A stretch of 64,000 nt of DNA from Calditrichaceae bacterium. Lineage in GTDB: Bacteria; Calditrichota; Calditrichia; Calditrichales; JBFXGD01. The stretch's first letter is position 1. The number at the start of each line of letters is the position of its first letter. The position numbers and the translations under genes were made by a program. Location of the stretch: the NCBI GenBank assembly GCA_050173015.1, contig JBFXLE010000001.1, positions 32,001-96,000 of the forward strand, given 5' to 3'. The notes under the pieces were generated by a model. It made no database searches. It was not told where the DNA came from and saw only the letters and a list, made by a program, of their open reading frames with translations. Below are positions 30,189-40,661 of the stretch, piece after piece.

Positions 30189-32279
30189 ATGAGATCAATA
30201 ATTTTGAATGGAATCGTATTAATAGCACTAATGTTTGTCATCGATGCTTATCCCGATAATACGCCAAACGGCGGCAGTCGTCTGTACTCTCCTTCTCAAA
30301 AAATCGCGGTTGACTTTCAGCTGACGGCGGAAGGAGCTCCTGTCTATATGGTGTCTTATCAATCGCGTACAATTATCGACACCTCATCATTGGGATTTAC
30401 TTTTTTAAATCAAAACGCGCTGAAAAACGGATTGGAAATAGACGACATTCTGTTGACAAAAGTGGATGATTCCTGGGAGATGCCCTGGGGGGAGCAGCGC
30501 CATGTGCGAAACAATTACAGCCAGGCGGTCGTGTTTTTGAAAGAAAAGCAGGCTCCGGGAAGAAAATTAATTATATATTTCAGGGCTTATGACGACGGAA
30601 TCGCCTTCAGATATGAATTTCCGGAACAGTCCGCTATAAAGGAAGCGCTGATTACTGATGAATTGACCCAATTCAGGTTATCAGGTGATCATACCTGCTG
30701 GTGGATACCGGGCGACTGGGATATTTATGAACATTTGTACAATACCACGCCGTTCACTGCCATCGACGCGATCAGCAAACGGCATCATGATCCAAACGCG
30801 CAATCATATATTCCCGTCAACGCGGTCAATACTCCGGTAACGATGAGAACAAAAGATGGTTTGTATTTGAGTTTTCATGAGGCGGATTTAACGGATTACG
30901 CCGAAATGACGCTCAAAATTGATAAAGAAAATCTGTCTATGTCGAGCGGGTTGGTGGGATCGGACCGCGCGGACTATAAAGCGAAGCGTTCGGTTCCGTT
31001 TAGGACACCCTGGCGAACCATACAGATTTCAGAAACCGCCGGCGGACTGATTGAATCGAATCTGATCGTAAACCTGAATGAACCCAATAAAATGGGGGAT
31101 GTGTCATGGTTTAAACCGACAAAATATTTGGGTATCTGGTGGGAAATGCATTTGGGGAAGAATACATGGGATATGGCCAGCGGCAGACATGGCGCCACGA
31201 CGGAGAACGCCAAAAAACTGATTGATTTTGCCGCGCGTAACAGGATTGGCGCCATTTTGGTGGAAGGGTGGAACACGGGATGGGAAACCTGGTCGGGGTA
31301 CGATTTTGTAACTCCGTATAAAGATTATGACCTCGCTGAGGTGGTACGATACGGAAAAGAAAAAGGGATCGAGCTGATTATGCATCATGAAACCGCGGGC
31401 GATGTACCGGCATACGAGCAGCAGCTGGACACCGCTTTTACTTTGATGAGTTCACTTGGAACGCATGCGGTAAAAACCGGTTATGTGGGCAAGATAAAAC
31501 CAAAGGGGGAGTATCATCACGGGCAATGGATGGTCAATCACTACCGAAAGGTCATCCAAAAAGCCGCCGAACATCAGGTGGCGGTAAACGCGCATGAGCC
31601 GATAAAAGATACCGGGCTCCGAAGAACCTATCCGAACATCATCTCCAGGGAGGGTGTCAGGGGCCAGGAATATAACGCCTGGAGCTCTGATGGAGGAAAT
31701 CCGCCGGAACATCTCTCCATTGTCGCTTTTACACGGATGCTGGCGGGTCCGATCGATTTCACGCCGGGAGTATTTAATCTGAAGCTGACACCATATAAAG
31801 AAAATAATCAGGTCAATACAACCCTGGCGCATCAGTTGGCCCTGTATGTAGTTATTTACAGCCCGATACAGATGGTCTGTGATTTAATTGAGAATTATGA
31901 GAATCAGCCGGCCTTTCAGTTTATCAGGGATGTTGGTGTGAACTGGGAGCGGACGAAGGTGTTAAATGGCGAAGTGGGGGATTTTGTGACCATCGCCCGG
32001 CAGGAGCGAGGAACGGGCCGTTGGTTTGTCGGGAGCATTACTGATGAGCATCAGCGATCGGTGACCATTGACTTTAGTTTCCTTGATGATGGTGTTGAAT
32101 ACCAGGCGGTTATTTATAAGGATGGCCCGGACGCGCATTGGAACGACAATCCGGAGAGTATTAAAATTGTTGACGAGGAGCTGGATCGGAGATCAAAAAT
32201 GAGCTTCACGCTGGCGCCGGGAGGCGGGCTGGCGATCAGTTTACAGCCGGTAGTAGGGAAAGAAAAGTCTGGGATGTGA
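30189..32279 (+). CDS. glycoside hydrolase family 97 (alpha-glucosidase, SusB-like)
   Basis: YLGIWWEMH, LVEGWN, MHHET, REGVRGQEY and GPIDFTPG motifs; likely start MRSIIL. Confidence 0.92.
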   Translation: MRSIILNGIVLIALMFVIDAYPDNTPNGGSRLYSPSQKIAVDFQLTAEGAPVYMVSYQSRTIIDTSSLGFTFLNQNALKNGLEIDDILLTKVDDSWEMPWGEQRHVRNNYSQAVVFLKEKQAPGRKLIIYFRAYDDGIAFRYEFPEQSAIKEALITDELTQFRLSGDHTCWWIPGDWDIYEHLYNTTPFTAIDAISKRHHDPNAQSYIPVNAVNTPVTMRTKDGLYLSFHEADLTDYAEMTLKIDKENLSMSSGLVGSDRADYKAKRSVPFRTPWRTIQISETAGGLIESNLIVNLNEPNKMGDVSWFKPTKYLGIWWEMHLGKNTWDMASGRHGATTENAKKLIDFAARNRIGAILVEGWNTGWETWSGYDFVTPYKDYDLAEVVRYGKEKGIELIMHHETAGDVPAYEQQLDTAFTLMSSLGTHAVKTGYVGKIKPKGEYHHGQWMVNHYRKVIQKAAEHQVAVNAHEPIKDTGLRRTYPNIISREGVRGQEYNAWSSDGGNPPEHLSIVAFTRMLAGPIDFTPGVFNLKLTPYKENNQVNTTLAHQLALYVVIYSPIQMVCDLIENYENQPAFQFIRDVGVNWERTKVLNGEVGDFVTIARQERGTGRWFVGSITDEHQRSVTIDFSFLDDGVEYQAVIYKDGPDAHWNDNPESIKIVDEELDRRSKMSFTLAPGGGLAISLQPVVGKEKSGM

Positions 32280-32354
32280 TTAAGGGGCGGAACTCTGATT
32301 TGTGTGATTTAATGATGAAGATGATTAAAGAAACCGGAAATCAGAGTCTTCATT

Positions 32355-32396
32355 TAATCACGCGAACCCGCCGGAGGCGGACAGGTCATAGTTCAG
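32355..32396 (+). repeat. 42-bp dispersed repeat, copy A
   Basis: 36/42 identical to 41599-41640. Confidence 0.75.
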
Positions 32397-32578
32397 GCAA
32401 AGAAGTAAGAATTTGAGAGCGTTAAGAGAAATGAGTACGGACGGGTTAAATTTGGTCGCCCGGCGGTTTAAACATAAAAAACGTCCTGACCATTTGCGCA
32501 TGGAAAGCGGATAATTTTAATGGAATTAAATTTACTAAAATTTAAGATCAAATTGAAGACTATTAATTATAACCCCCA

Positions 32579-32706
32579 ATATGACAAGATGTTCAGTGGC
32601 GAAGGACGATGGGGCAATGAAGCTACATCGAGAAATAAGCTTTGTGAAGGCACCGAAGCGACCCATTCAAAAAGAGCCCTTTGTCCACTGAAGCAAAATG
32701 TTATGT
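32579..32706 (-). mobile_element. integron attC site 3 (degenerate R', GTC instead of GTT)
   Basis: Minus strand ACATAAC-ATTTT-GCTTCAGTGGACAAAGG...CCTTCGCCACTGAAC-ATCTT-GTCATAT, with unpaired C and A in the left arm. Confidence 0.7.
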
Positions 32707-32808
32707 GCTTTTCGAATGTTTTAAACACACTGCTGTTTTGATGGCGTCTATCCCTTGTTAGCCACGGGTATTCTTGCGATAGACAGAAAGTAACATTCAT
32801 TAACCCGG

Positions 32809-33729
32809 TTATTCAAATTTTATATGATGTCTTCGTGACCACCAACGTATAATGAGAAGGGCAAGTATAATAATCGGAATGACAATAACACTACCCTCCG
32901 GACCAAACGCACCTCCGCTTAACCAATCCGGGCTAGTAGCGGTCTGGTCTATCAGCGTAGCTTTTTTATGCCCACTCGCAGCATATCCAAAAATTGGTCC
33001 CTGGAAAAAGTTCCACCCAATATGCATACCGATTGACAACCATAACATTTTTGTTGCAAGATAACCATAGATACGCAAAAGACCAAATAAGACAATAATG
33101 GATGATGAAAGTAATCCAGCATTAGGATTCGTGGAATGAATTAATCCATAGATAAGGCAGGAGATAGCAATAGCTAATTTCATGCCCATTCCGGCAATCA
33201 TATTTTGGAAAAGGTAGCCCCTGAATACCAACTCTTCCCAATAGCCTACGAGTATGGTTTCCAATAAAAGAATGGATAATGAACCAATTGAGATAACACT
33301 CATGAATCTAACAAAGTAAGAAGACTGGTCATTCAGTTCATGTGAATTCCCAACTTTGATTCCATTATACTCAATAAGTCCTAGAATTATCATCAAAGAA
33401 AATACCAGACCGGCCATCAATCCACTTAAAAAAAAACCGAATACTATATCTTGAGTAGCGCTTTTATCAATTTTTAATCCTAATGAAACAAAAGAACGCT
33501 TATCCAATAATCTCCTCGCTAAAGGAACTGCAATTGATGCACCAATAGCTAAAATTGATAATATAACTATGCTGTAATTCTCTAGGAATTCCTTTTTTGA
33601 AATCTCTCCCAAAAGTGGTTTTATTGCTAATATCATAGCAGAGAATAGCCAGAACATCATGATAAAAATCAATATTCTCCAACCTGCACGTAACCTGCCT
33701 TCATCTGAATTGTAAAAGTATTTTTTCAT
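32809..33729 (-). CDS. CPBP (CAAX/Abi) family intramembrane metalloprotease, gene cassette
   Basis: EELVFRGY, YGLIHSTNP and IGMHIGWNFFQG motifs. Confidence 0.92.
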   Translation of the reverse strand: MKKYFYNSDEGRLRAGWRILIFIMMFWLFSAMILAIKPLLGEISKKEFLENYSIVILSILAIGASIAVPLARRLLDKRSFVSLGLKIDKSATQDIVFGFFLSGLMAGLVFSLMIILGLIEYNGIKVGNSHELNDQSSYFVRFMSVISIGSLSILLLETILVGYWEELVFRGYLFQNMIAGMGMKLAIAISCLIYGLIHSTNPNAGLLSSSIIVLFGLLRIYGYLATKMLWLSIGMHIGWNFFQGPIFGYAASGHKKATLIDQTATSPDWLSGGAFGPEGSVIVIPIIILALLIIRWWSRRHHIKFE

Positions 33730-33818
33730 AGCCTTTCATTTCTCATCAAGGTTCCGGCGTCTCTTTAATTGTATCTTCGACTGTTAATTGGGAGGCGTAA
33801 ACACATTTCTTTTCTTAC

Positions 33819-33915
33819 ACATAACGCCACATTATAACCTGATTTTACACAGGTAAATTTGCAAACCCTGAAGCAGCCTCCGCGTGTAAAATTCAGGTTG
33901 ATAATTTTGTTATAT
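33819..33915 (-). mobile_element. integron attC site 2
   Basis: Minus strand ATATAAC-AAAAT-TATCAACCTGAATTTTACAC...GTGTAAAATCAGGTTATA-ATGTGGC-GTTATGT. Confidence 0.85.
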
Positions 33916-33928
33916 GGCATTGCAAAAT

Positions 33929-35977
33929 TTATATTTTAAGTTCGAAATCTTTTATTTGTTTTAACTTTTTCTCATAAACTTTATTAAATATTTTGTCATA
34001 TATTTTAAAATGAAGCTGAAATGGGTCATATTTTTTACCTAAAATCCTTAATGTAATTGTTACTCCGAGTGTAACAATAAATGCGATTGGTTCAATCTTA
34101 TCCCAATTGTTTAATATTGCCGAGGCAAAGGAAAACAACGCAATAAAAAAGAAAAATAACATTGTATAACTAATAATGTTTAGCCACCTTTTTGCAATCG
34201 TTTCAGATTGAATTTCTTGTTTCTTTTTCCACTTAATAATTGTTTCTATTAGATTTTCATCCTGGCGTTTCTTTTCATTTTCTAATTCTTTAACTCTTTG
34301 CTCTAAAGCTTTAAACTGATTGTCTGTCTCATCCAATTTTTGTTCTGAAATCTTTTTTTCCTTTGATATAAACTCAACTTCTTTTTTGGTACGTTTAATC
34401 TCTTCATCAAAAAACATGGCTAAATTTTTAATTTCCCCTTGATGTTTTTTATTGAGCCTTTCTTTTGCTTTCATAATATTATCTAATATCCATTCAGCTT
34501 CAATATTGTGTATATCTGATGGATCTGTATCTTTAAGTATTTCTTGAATATGATTATCATAAATCAGGATTGAAATATCTGTATCGTTAATTTTACCTTC
34601 ATCTCGAAGTATTTTTAAATTCTTATAGAATGCAGACCACACTGATCTGTCAATAAAAAAATGACGTGTATTTAACGATATCCAAGAAGTTAGATGAATC
34701 TCTTTATCATGTGTCGGATTTTTTAACCACAATAGATTAGTAAAAAGCTTATCAGGGATAACTTCACTTATTGTACCATTTTTTTTATGTTTATCTTCAT
34801 AATAATTAAATTTGGATAATTTTAAATCAGATGTTAAAAATAATGCATCACAATTTTCAATCTTTGTTCTACGTCCCCTTCTAAATCTAACAATTTGATC
34901 AATAGCCGCTAAATCATGATTTTGTTCTCTAGTACCTTGCTCATCTTTATAATGTTGTAGATTTGATTTTCTATTAGGATCAGATGGTTCATATTTTTTA
35001 ATATCAATGGGTGTTGATAGTATCCTAATGCCATATTCAGTTAATTTGTTCTCAATATTAACGATGAATTCTTTTACATCAGCAGATGTCCAACCTTGAG
35101 ATTTCAAACTACTATATAAAGAATCAATTTTGACTCCATCTGGATAATGAAATTGTTCATTCTGGTATTTCTTTAAAACATTTATCATTTCTTCAATTGT
35201 AAAATCAAAAATTCTTAATTCAATATTTTGTTGAGATTTAATTAATTCAAACAACTCGAGTGCTGGTTTATTCTGTTCTATATAGCGCATACCTAACAGA
35301 CTAAACATATAGTTTGAATCTAGGAAAACTCTTATGTTATCTAATTTCTTATCAGGCTCTTCTAGACTATCAGTATAAATGATTGAACTAATAATACCAC
35401 CAATGATAATGTCCTGAAGAGTTTTAAATAAATGTGGCTTAGAATTTTCAACATAAAATAAAAAATCTATTATTTCAGATTCGAATTTATCTACGTTTTC
35501 TTTTGGAGGTTTCTCAGAATGGTTTGAACCACCTAAAAATGGTTCAAAAATTTCTATATTTTCCTTTACTACTTTTTCAATAATTAATTCAATTTGTTTT
35601 TTAGGAATCTTTATAGAATGGGTCTTTTTCAAAAAAGTTTGTGCTTCTTCAACGAACTCATTTATTCTTCTTACTTCATCACGTTCAGATTCTAAAGTTG
35701 AAACAAATTTTACTCCTTCATCAGTTAGATAGCATTTTCTCTGATATCTTTTTAAAAAACCTTTCCTTTTTGCTCTTGTTGCTATAATACTTAAAGAATG
35801 TATTGGCACCGTAAGGTTGAACTTAGATTTAATTTCTTCTTGTATCGTTTCGAGTGATGATCCAGTTTTATCTAAGGGTAATACGTTTATAATTAGTGGA
35901 TAAAAGGAGTCAATATAATCTTCCCCTTTATTGTATAAACAACGAATTAATGTGTAAGTATATATTCTGCTATACAT
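33929..35977 (-). CDS. hypothetical protein with PIN-like domain, coiled coil and two C-terminal TM helices; gene cassette
   Basis: VFLDSN, TIEEM, HDLAAI and FLTSD acidic motifs; heptad-rich region; two hydrophobic helices near the C-terminus. Confidence 0.75.
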   Translation of the reverse strand: MYSRIYTYTLIRCLYNKGEDYIDSFYPLIINVLPLDKTGSSLETIQEEIKSKFNLTVPIHSLSIIATRAKRKGFLKRYQRKCYLTDEGVKFVSTLESERDEVRRINEFVEEAQTFLKKTHSIKIPKKQIELIIEKVVKENIEIFEPFLGGSNHSEKPPKENVDKFESEIIDFLFYVENSKPHLFKTLQDIIIGGIISSIIYTDSLEEPDKKLDNIRVFLDSNYMFSLLGMRYIEQNKPALELFELIKSQQNIELRIFDFTIEEMINVLKKYQNEQFHYPDGVKIDSLYSSLKSQGWTSADVKEFIVNIENKLTEYGIRILSTPIDIKKYEPSDPNRKSNLQHYKDEQGTREQNHDLAAIDQIVRFRRGRRTKIENCDALFLTSDLKLSKFNYYEDKHKKNGTISEVIPDKLFTNLLWLKNPTHDKEIHLTSWISLNTRHFFIDRSVWSAFYKNLKILRDEGKINDTDISILIYDNHIQEILKDTDPSDIHNIEAEWILDNIMKAKERLNKKHQGEIKNLAMFFDEEIKRTKKEVEFISKEKKISEQKLDETDNQFKALEQRVKELENEKKRQDENLIETIIKWKKKQEIQSETIAKRWLNIISYTMLFFFFIALFSFASAILNNWDKIEPIAFIVTLGVTITLRILGKKYDPFQLHFKIYDKIFNKVYEKKLKQIKDFELKI

Positions 35978-36019
35978 TAAATTTTCCTAGGTTATAAATG
36001 AAACTGATCTCGAATAGCC

Positions 36020-36150
36020 ATGTAACGTTTTGGCTAACTTGCCGCAGGATTGCGGGGCACAGACTTTGAATAACCAATAAAACTTGGTGCGGGCTTCAAA
36101 ACTCGAAAAACCGCACAGCCCCTGCGGTCAAGTTGAGCCAATTGTTATAT
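36020..36150 (-). mobile_element. integron attC site 1
   Basis: Minus strand ATATAAC-AATTG-GCTCAACTTGACCGCAGG...CCTGCGGCAAGTTAGC-CAAAAC-GTTACAT; canonical R''-L''-L'-R' spacing with two extrahelical bases. Confidence 0.9.
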
Positions 36151-37579
36151 TGCCTTTATTGTTTTCTAATTTTGATAATTCTTCCGAAATCAAATCATCA
36201 ATTTGCTGCCGCAATGTTTTTACTTTTTCACGAGCTTTTTCTGATTGAACTTCTCTCTCTTGAATTTCTTTTACTATTTGCTCTTGAGTTTTATATGTTG
36301 GAATAGGAACTTTGATATTGAGTATATCTGTTGAAATAATTCTTGGATGTTCTTTACCGCTCATTAAAAATTTACTCTTTTCCAAATATTCTTTAGAGAG
36401 TAGTAAATATCTAATATATTCGGACATTGCTATATTTTTATCACGAATCTCAAAAGGGATAAACTCAGTTGTTCCAATTAATTTTTTTTCAGGTATATTT
36501 AAAATTGTGTAACCCAAATATGGACGTAGTTTATTAGTAAGAAAATCACATTCACCAAACTCAATTCGATCAGAACCTAATTCAATAACTATATTTTCAA
36601 AATCAATAATTTTACCATTGGGCGATTCGACCTGTTCAAAATCTATTAGAATTCTTGGTTCATTAAGGAAGCCCTTTTTAAATGTATTTTTATCGCTTAA
36701 TTTTATTATTCTTTTTAATGGTAATAAATCATATTTGTCAGCAGTCCCTTCAAATAAAAATCCCTTATGATTAAACCAAAAATCATTGTATTCTGCACCA
36801 ATACGTAATGCTTTATTATTAGCAATATAATTAAGATCCGTTACTAAATTTTCAACTCTATATGTTTGTAGTGATTTCGTTTTCAGTGAATATTTGCTGA
36901 ATATTTCATCTATAATTACTTGTAGAGATTCAACATTTCCTTTTTCTTTATATAAATGATTTTCAAGTTTTCCAATTTTATCAATAATTTCTTTTTGTTT
37001 GCTTAATTCGATTGACGGTATTTCCAAATTAAAAAAATCATCCCTTTGAATTCTTGGATGACTTTGACTTTTTCCAGAACGAAGAAATACTGCTTTTTCT
37101 CTAAAAGAATTATGTAATAGGAAATATTTAAGGAGCTTTGGTTTTATTTTATGTTTATTGACAATCAGAGGATAGAATTCTGTTGAACCAATAATTTCAA
37201 TATCATTTTCAGATATATCACTAAGCAGAAAAACGTAACCAATATGACTATTCAATTTTGAAAACGCTAAATCTGCATCGCTTAGATAAATTTTATCAGA
37301 ACCAATAACATCTGTAATATTTTCATGTAAATTTATTGGAAAACCAGTTTCAGGTTCGATATTAGCCAAATCAATTAGTTGATATGTTGTGCTAAGTGAA
37401 TCTTTTTTGATAACTTTTGCCGATGCAAACATAGCAACATTTTTTATTTTAATGGTATCAATATTATAATCAAATATTTTACCATTTCTTGATTTCCAAA
37501 AATCTACATACCTACTACCAAAACGTAAAAGAAAACGTTTACCAATATCAGAAAAATTTGTTTCTGCAATCATTTCCAT
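36128..37579 (-). CDS. hsdS: restriction-modification specificity subunit (two TRDs)
   Basis: Internal duplication (GSDKI..SKLNSHIG..GSTEF..HPRI / GSDRI..NKLRPYLG..GTTEF..HPRI) and IPS..KQKEI / IPT..TQEQI helices. Confidence 0.85.
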   Translation of the reverse strand: MEMIAETNFSDIGKRFLLRFGSRYVDFWKSRNGKIFDYNIDTIKIKNVAMFASAKVIKKDSLSTTYQLIDLANIEPETGFPINLHENITDVIGSDKIYLSDADLAFSKLNSHIGYVFLLSDISENDIEIIGSTEFYPLIVNKHKIKPKLLKYFLLHNSFREKAVFLRSGKSQSHPRIQRDDFFNLEIPSIELSKQKEIIDKIGKLENHLYKEKGNVESLQVIIDEIFSKYSLKTKSLQTYRVENLVTDLNYIANNKALRIGAEYNDFWFNHKGFLFEGTADKYDLLPLKRIIKLSDKNTFKKGFLNEPRILIDFEQVESPNGKIIDFENIVIELGSDRIEFGECDFLTNKLRPYLGYTILNIPEKKLIGTTEFIPFEIRDKNIAMSEYIRYLLLSKEYLEKSKFLMSGKEHPRIISTDILNIKVPIPTYKTQEQIVKEIQEREVQSEKAREKVKTLRQQIDDLISEELSKLENNKGNITIGST

Positions 37580-39960
37580 TCCACTTTTTGAATGAAGTAA
37601 TCCAAAATATAATTGGGATTTTTATTGTCAATAATAATAGTTCTATTTCCATCTATTACTTTAGAATCGAATAATTCATTCGATCTAATTTCTTCCTTAT
37701 TTGCACCACGTTTATAGCCGATCTCTTCTGCATGAGCCATAAAAATTGTATAATTCAATTCTTTACTGACTCTATTGAATACCCACCAATCAGTATCAAT
37801 TTGCTTTATGTCATCTTCGTATTTTTCTTTTAATTCTAAGATGGGAAGAGAATCATCATTTGAATCATAAAGATTTAAAATATACTTTTTTAATAATTTT
37901 ATAAATTCTGGTTTTATTTCTTCAGTGGTTTTTCTTTTCTTCAGTTTATCAAATTCTTTCTTTGTTAATTCAAATTCTTTTTTATACTTATCCCACTTTT
38001 CTACCCATTGTTCAACTTCTCTCTCAGATTTTTTTTGTGCGAATAAAAGACTGGTTTTGGTCATTGTGTATGGAGCAAATGCTAAATGAGGTAAAGATAT
38101 TACTGCCCTTACCCAAAAATATTTAAAGATAAATAACCTTATCTCTCTATTACTTGTGGTGTCAAATACTGATTCAGGAAGAACAACGCCCAATCTGCCA
38201 TTTGGACGTAAGAGCTGATACCATCTTTCAGTAAATAAATTTTCCGTGTCAACTTCCTTTTTAGCTTCTTTCTTTAAAGAATTTGCTATTTTCTTTCCCT
38301 GCAAATATAATTCAGGGAACTGTTTTGCAGTTTCTCTATCAACTGTTACACTAAAAGGAGGATTTGAAATTACGATATCAAATTGTTCATTAACCAATTT
38401 TTCATATACTTCATTTTTCGATTCAATATTTAAAAGTTTTGCATTATCATATTTGCTAAATTTAATTAAACCATCAGCGGGATGGATATTTGCAGAACCA
38501 TCACCATGTCCTACCATATTAACCTTACTCGCCATTGCTAAATCAGGATTTATTTCAATTCCATAAATGAATTCTTTTGCCCATACATTTCTTTTTCTTT
38601 CAGGGAAATTAACTTCCAAAAATTCTTCCACATCATCAGTCTGTCTTAGAATGGTGTATTTACCTTTATCCGCTAAAATATGGTTTGTTATTTCCTTCAT
38701 TGTCTGTATTAAAAATGTTCCTGATCCACATGCTGGATCAATTACAAATGGCAGTCTTGGTCGCCCATCTTTACCATTAATTAAATCGAAAGCCAACTCA
38801 TCAATTTTTAAAGCTTTCACTATAAAATCGACAATATTGTGGTGAGTCAGGTATTGCCCTTTTGTTTGCTTGAGTTCAGACCTGACAATCTTTTCAAAAA
38901 AATCACCCAATACGTCATATTTATTTGCTGTAAATGAGATACTTTGAATAGTTTCAACGACATATTTAACTTTGTTGGCATCGAATACAATATCTGGAGT
39001 CTTTTTTAATTTCTCGTCAGAATAGCCAAGAAGATAATTCAATGCACACTGCGTATATTTCTTTGTCTTATTATCAAGTTCACCACGATATAATCTATTT
39101 ATTCTTTCATAAGTTTTTTCAGCAGGTTCGCTTGTATCGCCTTCAAAAAATATTTGAAAATCATATGGCTCGCCATTAGCTTTGATTTTCTCATCCATAA
39201 TTTTAGTTAAAAATAGTCCTATAAGATTATAAAACAACTCGTTTTGGTGCTGACCGCCGCCCCACAACACATTGTGTAAATCATCAGCAATTCGATCTAA
39301 TTCTTCCTTTTTAACATTATCTCTCAGTTGATTTTCAGGATTCAAACTACCTTTTATAAATTTCGGTGGTTTATCAACAATCCCATAATTCTTTGGGATT
39401 ACCCTTAAATTGGGTCGTCCAGCTTCTTCCCACTGTTCCCATGTTTTGAATTTTGTATAATCTATGACTTGTGTTTTTTCAATTAATTCAGAATCATCAT
39501 AGTATCTGGTATAATAAATCAGATAATTTAAAATTCCACTTCCCTTATCTTCATTAGCAGCTCTTTCAAATAATTGAGTTTTAATAGAATCTTCAAAATA
39601 TTTTTCATAATCACTTTCAGATTTTAGTTCAAAGATTGCAAATGGTGTTTTGTCAGGACGATAAAGAATAATGTCCAATAAGCTTTTGTTTATTTTATAG
39701 GGGTGGCCAATTGTTCTTTTAAATTCTAAATCAATTATTTCTTTGTTATTTTTATAGCCATATTTTTCAATTAAATCATAGAATAGTCCGACTCTCACTT
39801 TTTCTTCAGGATCATCAAAATTATCTGAAAATGATTGTGTAAGATATGTTACTTTTCCATCTTCAATTTTGAAATATGACTTTTGGCTTCCATTTTTTAT
39901 AAGTGAATCGAAATCTTTTGGATAAGCTTCATCTGTTTTAATGTATCTTTTCGGTGTCAT
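37570..39960 (-). CDS. N6-adenine DNA methyltransferase with N-terminal PD-(D/E)xK nuclease-like domain
   Basis: PEEKVR..DIILY..IFELK N-terminal domain, then KGQYLT, DPACGSGTFL and SNPPF. Confidence 0.9.
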   Translation of the reverse strand: MTPKRYIKTDEAYPKDFDSLIKNGSQKSYFKIEDGKVTYLTQSFSDNFDDPEEKVRVGLFYDLIEKYGYKNNKEIIDLEFKRTIGHPYKINKSLLDIILYRPDKTPFAIFELKSESDYEKYFEDSIKTQLFERAANEDKGSGILNYLIYYTRYYDDSELIEKTQVIDYTKFKTWEQWEEAGRPNLRVIPKNYGIVDKPPKFIKGSLNPENQLRDNVKKEELDRIADDLHNVLWGGGQHQNELFYNLIGLFLTKIMDEKIKANGEPYDFQIFFEGDTSEPAEKTYERINRLYRGELDNKTKKYTQCALNYLLGYSDEKLKKTPDIVFDANKVKYVVETIQSISFTANKYDVLGDFFEKIVRSELKQTKGQYLTHHNIVDFIVKALKIDELAFDLINGKDGRPRLPFVIDPACGSGTFLIQTMKEITNHILADKGKYTILRQTDDVEEFLEVNFPERKRNVWAKEFIYGIEINPDLAMASKVNMVGHGDGSANIHPADGLIKFSKYDNAKLLNIESKNEVYEKLVNEQFDIVISNPPFSVTVDRETAKQFPELYLQGKKIANSLKKEAKKEVDTENLFTERWYQLLRPNGRLGVVLPESVFDTTSNREIRLFIFKYFWVRAVISLPHLAFAPYTMTKTSLLFAQKKSEREVEQWVEKWDKYKKEFELTKKEFDKLKKRKTTEEIKPEFIKLLKKYILNLYDSNDDSLPILELKEKYEDDIKQIDTDWWVFNRVSKELNYTIFMAHAEEIGYKRGANKEEIRSNELFDSKVIDGNRTIIIDNKNPNYILDYFIQKVEWK

Positions 39961-40631
39961 ACAAGTTCCTTGTCCTTGAAACTAAAATATTGATTGTTGC
40001 CAATTATTATGTGATCGTGTAATAAAATTCCGATTGTTTCACAAGAATTTTTAATTTTTTTCGTTATTTCAATATCTGCATCACTTGGAGTCGGATTGCC
40101 AGAAGGATGATTATGAATACAGATAATTGAGGTAGCGCCATTCCTAAGAGCACTTTTAATTATTTCTCGTGTGTAAATATGGCTATGAGTTATTGTTCCT
40201 TTGAAAATATCTTCAATATTCATAATCTGATTTTGACCATTTAGATAAACTACTTTGAACAACTCGAAATCTAAATCTCTCATTGTTAAGTAAAGATAAT
40301 CATAAATGGATTTTGAATCTTCAACAATCTTCCGTTCTTTTAAATTTTCTTCTAAAAAACGCTTATTCAATTCAATCACGGCAAGCAACTGTGCAATTTT
40401 TGCTTTGCCTAATCCGTTAATTTTAAGCAAGGAATTTATATCTGAATTATACAATCCCCTAAGACCACCAAAATTATCAATTAAATCTTTAGCTAAATCA
40501 ATCGCACTTTTATTCTTAGTTCCAATTCTGAGAAAAATAGCTAACAACTCTTCAGTGGATAAATAATTAGCACCTTTATTAAGAAGTTTTTCTCGGGGTC
40601 TTTGATCTTCTGGTATTTCAGATATTTTCAT
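39957..40631 (-). CDS. radC: RadC (JAB/MPN domain) protein
   Basis: RPREKL, ELLAIFLRIG, HhH INGLGKAK, HNHPSGNPTPSDAD and LHDHIIIG motifs. Confidence 0.95.
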   Translation of the reverse strand: MKISEIPEDQRPREKLLNKGANYLSTEELLAIFLRIGTKNKSAIDLAKDLIDNFGGLRGLYNSDINSLLKINGLGKAKIAQLLAVIELNKRFLEENLKERKIVEDSKSIYDYLYLTMRDLDFELFKVVYLNGQNQIMNIEDIFKGTITHSHIYTREIIKSALRNGATSIICIHNHPSGNPTPSDADIEITKKIKNSCETIGILLHDHIIIGNNQYFSFKDKELV

Positions 40632-40661
40632 ATACTTTTTATGAGTGATGATTTCATATTA

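Noticed and set aside
32520-32800. Short ORFs of 73 and 77 aa
   Set aside because: They overlap attC-3 and have no protein-family features.
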